This document shows, one piece after another, positions 29,418-31,433 of a DNA stretch of 31,433 nucleotides; positions within the stretch are counted from its first letter, which is position 1; the number at the start of each line of letters is the position of its first letter. Where the stretch lies: contig JAHEXP010000015.1 of assembly GCA_023252055.1 (NCBI GenBank), positions 1 through 31,433 of the forward strand, read 5' to 3'. The position numbers and the translations under genes were made by a program. The notes under the pieces are model-generated. The model had not been told where the DNA came from. It searched no databases and was given only the letters and a program-made list of their open reading frames with translations. This stretch comes from Coriobacteriia bacterium (lineage in GTDB: Bacteria; Actinomycetota; Coriobacteriia; Anaerosomatales; PALSA-660).

Positions 29418-31433
29418 CTAGTAGTGGCACTCGTAGACGGAGCAGCCCGAGTCGCCCGAGTGGAGCGTGTCCCAGTCGACCCCGCTCAAGTCCGCCGCCG
29501 CAGTACCCACGGTGCCGTGGTGGCAGTCGGAGCAGGCCCACCCGAGCGCTCCAACAGTGCCGCTCGGCGGATAGTAGTCGGAGTGCCAACTCATGCTGTT
29601 GTGGCAGTTGTTGCACTCGTCGTGGATCGCCGTATGCGACGCGAACGTCACGGTCGGGTGGCAGCCGGTGCTGCTACAGGTGGTGCTCCCCGTGAGCGTC
29701 TTGGCGCCGTCGTGGCAGACCGCACACGTCTTGCGAGCGTGTGTGGTGATCAGGTTCGTCTGGTGGCAACCCGCGCTGATGCACGAGTTCGACTTGGTGT
29801 GGCCCGTGTCGTAGGCCGGGTGCAGTGTCGTGGATGAAACCGTGGTCGGGTGGCAGCTGGCGCACGTAGCGCTGCCTGCGGCCACGGCGTTCTTGACGGT
29901 GGTCGAGGCGGACGCACCGTGGCACGTCGTGCAGGTCGTGCTGTGCTTGGCCGACACCGTTCCGTTCGACAGTTTCACAGAGGTCAGCGCGGTACCAGGA
30001 TGGCAACTCACACAGCCGTCACTGCGGGTCAGCGCGTGGATCGTGGGCAGGTCGTGCTGATCGTGGCAGCTCGCGCAGGTGGCGCCGCCGGCAGCGACCG
30101 CGTTCTTCGTGCGGGTCGGCGCGGAGGCCCCGTGGCAGGTCGCGCACAGCGCGTGCTTCGTGGCCACAGCGCCGCTCGAGAACGTGACCGTGTTGAGCGT
30201 GGTGCCCGTATGGCATGTCACGCACTGATCCGTGCGCGAGACCGCGTGGATGACCGGGATGTCGTGACCGTCGTGACAGCTGGCGCATGTGGCGCTGCCG
30301 GCAGCGACCGCGTTCTTGGTGCGGGTGGACGCCGATGCGCCGTGGCAGGTCGCGCACAGCGCGTGCTTCGTGGCCACCGCGCCGCTGGAGAATGTGACCG
30401 TGTTGAGCGTCGTGCCGGTGTGGCAGTCGACACACGAATCGGTGCGCGTCACCGGGTGGATCGCCGGCAGATCGTGGCCGTCGTGGCAGCTGGCGCATGT
30501 GGCGCTGCCTGCAGCGACCGCGTTCTTCGTGCGGGTGGAGGCCGATGCGCCGTGGCAGGTGGCGCAACTCGTGTGCTTGGTTGCCAGGGTCGTGCCGTCG
30601 GAGAACGTCACCGTGTTGAGTGTCGTGCCCTTGTGGCAGTCGATGCACTGGTCCGTGCGCGACACCGCGTGGATGACCGGCAGGTTATGAGCGTCGTGGC
30701 AGCTGGCGCAGGTGGCGCCGCCGGCAGCGACCGCGTTCTTGGTGCGGGTCGGAGCGCTCACGCCGTGGCATGTCGCGCACGCTGCATGCTTGGTCGCGAC
30801 CGCTCCGGTGGAGAACTTGATCGTGTTGAGATCGGTGCCGGCGTGGCAGGTCACGCAGTCATCGGTGCGGCTCACCGCGTGGATGACCGGCAGGTTATGC
30901 GCGTCGTGACAGCTGGCGCAGGTGGCGCCGCCGGCAGCGACCGCGTTCTTGGTGCGGGTCGGCGCGCTCACGCCGTGGCATGTCGCGCACGCTGCGTGCT
31001 TGGTCGCGACCGCTCCGGTGGAGAACTTGATCGTGTTGAGATCGGTGCCGGCGTGGCAGGTCACGCATGCGTCCGCACGCGCAACCGCGTGGATGACCGG
31101 CAGATCGTGGCCGTCGTGGCAGCTGGCGCAGGTGGCGCCGCCGGCAGCGACCGCGTTCTTCGTGCGGGTGGAGGCCGAGGCCCCGTGGCAGGTCGCGCAC
31201 AGCGCGTGCTTGGTTGCCAGGGTCGTGCCGTCAGAGAACGTCACCGTGTTGAGTGTCGTGCCCTTGTGGCAGTCGATGCACTGGTCCGTGCGGCTGACCG
31301 CGTGGATCACCGGGATGTTGTGGCCGTCGTGACAGCTGGCGCATGTGGCGCCGCCGGCAGCGACCGCGTTCTTGGTCCGGGTGGACGCCGATGCCCCGTG
31401 GCAGGTCGCGCACAGCGCGTGCTTCGTGGCCAC
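29418..31433 (-). CDS. giant modular multiheme c-type cytochrome, C-terminal 671 aa (N-terminus beyond window end); about 29 heme-binding motifs in visible part
   Basis: Minus-strand frame open from the window end to the stop at 29418. At least seven and a half consecutive 70-aa modules ATKHAxCATCHGASASTRTKNAVAAGGATCASCHDGHxLPVIHAVSRTDxCVxCHxGTxLNTVxFSxGxx. Each carries three CxxCH, the first two forming a 'doubled CXXCH' pair about 20 aa apart. The C-terminal 170 aa has further CxxCH plus CX3CH (CISAGCH, CSSTGCH) and CX4CH (CSVYECHY) motifs. Confidence 0.8.
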   Translation of the reverse strand: MATKHALCATCHGASASTRTKNAVAAGGATCASCHDGHNIPVIHAVSRTDQCIDCHKGTTLNTVTFSDGTTLATKHALCATCHGASASTRTKNAVAAGGATCASCHDGHDLPVIHAVARADACVTCHAGTDLNTIKFSTGAVATKHAACATCHGVSAPTRTKNAVAAGGATCASCHDAHNLPVIHAVSRTDDCVTCHAGTDLNTIKFSTGAVATKHAACATCHGVSAPTRTKNAVAAGGATCASCHDAHNLPVIHAVSRTDQCIDCHKGTTLNTVTFSDGTTLATKHTSCATCHGASASTRTKNAVAAGSATCASCHDGHDLPAIHPVTRTDSCVDCHTGTTLNTVTFSSGAVATKHALCATCHGASASTRTKNAVAAGSATCASCHDGHDIPVIHAVSRTDQCVTCHTGTTLNTVTFSSGAVATKHALCATCHGASAPTRTKNAVAAGGATCASCHDQHDLPTIHALTRSDGCVSCHPGTALTSVKLSNGTVSAKHSTTCTTCHGASASTTVKNAVAAGSATCASCHPTTVSSTTLHPAYDTGHTKSNSCISAGCHQTNLITTHARKTCAVCHDGAKTLTGSTTCSSTGCHPTVTFASHTAIHDECNNCHNSMSWHSDYYPPSGTVGALGWACSDCHHGTVGTAAADLSGVDWDTLHSGDSGCSVYECHY
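29830..31433. repeat. tandem 210-bp direct repeats (at least 7.6 copies, 85-97% identical; three sequence subtypes arranged A-A-B-C-C-B-A) encoding the cytochrome modules
   Basis: Exact 210-bp periodicity read from the sequence. Units begin tcgtg(g/a)cagctggcgca(g/t)gtggcgc... at 30061, 30271, 30481, 30691, 30901, 31111, 31321. A more diverged copy lies at 29830..30060. The array continues past the window end. Confidence 0.85.

Noticed and set aside
29830-31433. Highly regular direct repeats - a CRISPR array?
   Set aside because: The period is 210 bp with no unique spacers. The repeats are in-frame coding sequence (three CxxCH per unit) within one long ORF. There are no cas genes and no leader. 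It is a protein-coding tandem repeat, not CRISPR.
1-31433. Searched for mobile elements, phage or defence islands (transposase/integrase motifs, terminal inverted repeats, tRNA genes as integration sites, toxin-antitoxin pairs, restriction-modification).
   Set aside because: None found. Gene content is core metabolism and replication with conserved operon structure and uniform GC. The only repeat-rich element is the cytochrome gene, which has no flanking IRs or recombinase.

Overview
The window is high-GC (roughly two-thirds G+C) bacterial chromosomal DNA. It is densely packed, and almost all genes lie on the minus strand. Gene content looks Gram-positive-like (separate hisZ plus short hisG, a T-box leader, a YerC/TrpR-like gene, a TrpB2 paralog).

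Order from left to right (minus strand unless stated):
- 6-phosphofructokinase, C-terminally cut by the window start
- accA and accD, overlapping
- class I (DhnA/FbaB-type) fructose-bisphosphate aldolase
- a GNAT acetyltransferase
- glutamine-dependent NAD synthetase
- a DUF308/HdeD-like membrane protein (+)
- a large SPFH/flotillin protein (+)
- a convergent hypothetical bitopic protein
- a stand-alone TrpB2-type tryptophan synthase beta paralog, preceded by a clear T-box riboswitch leader (exact AGGGUGGUACCGCGG box plus terminator)
- an SdpI/DUF1648 membrane protein
- an M48/HtpX-like membrane protein whose HExxH motif is fully substituted
- a complete, translationally coupled his operon (hisZ-hisG-hisD-hisC-hisB-hisH-hisA-hisF-hisIE)
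- dnaE, immediately preceded by a yerC/TrpR-like gene
- a membrane protein
- an MFS transporter (+)
- a FAH-family hydrolase
- at the right edge, the C-terminal 671 aa of a giant modular multiheme c-type cytochrome (N-terminus outside the window)

The cytochrome is encoded by near-identical 210-bp tandem DNA repeats. Each 70-aa module carries three CxxCH motifs, giving about 29 heme-binding motifs in the visible part. It is the most unusual element here. The T-box on trpB2 and the catalytically dead M48 homolog ending the his operon are the next most interesting.

I saw no transposases, integrases, CRISPR arrays, rRNA or tRNA genes. Many long ORFs in the six-frame track are antisense shadows of real genes, as expected at this GC content. 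Coordinates of non-ORF features (hairpins, promoter hexamers) were read by eye and may be off by 1-3 nt.
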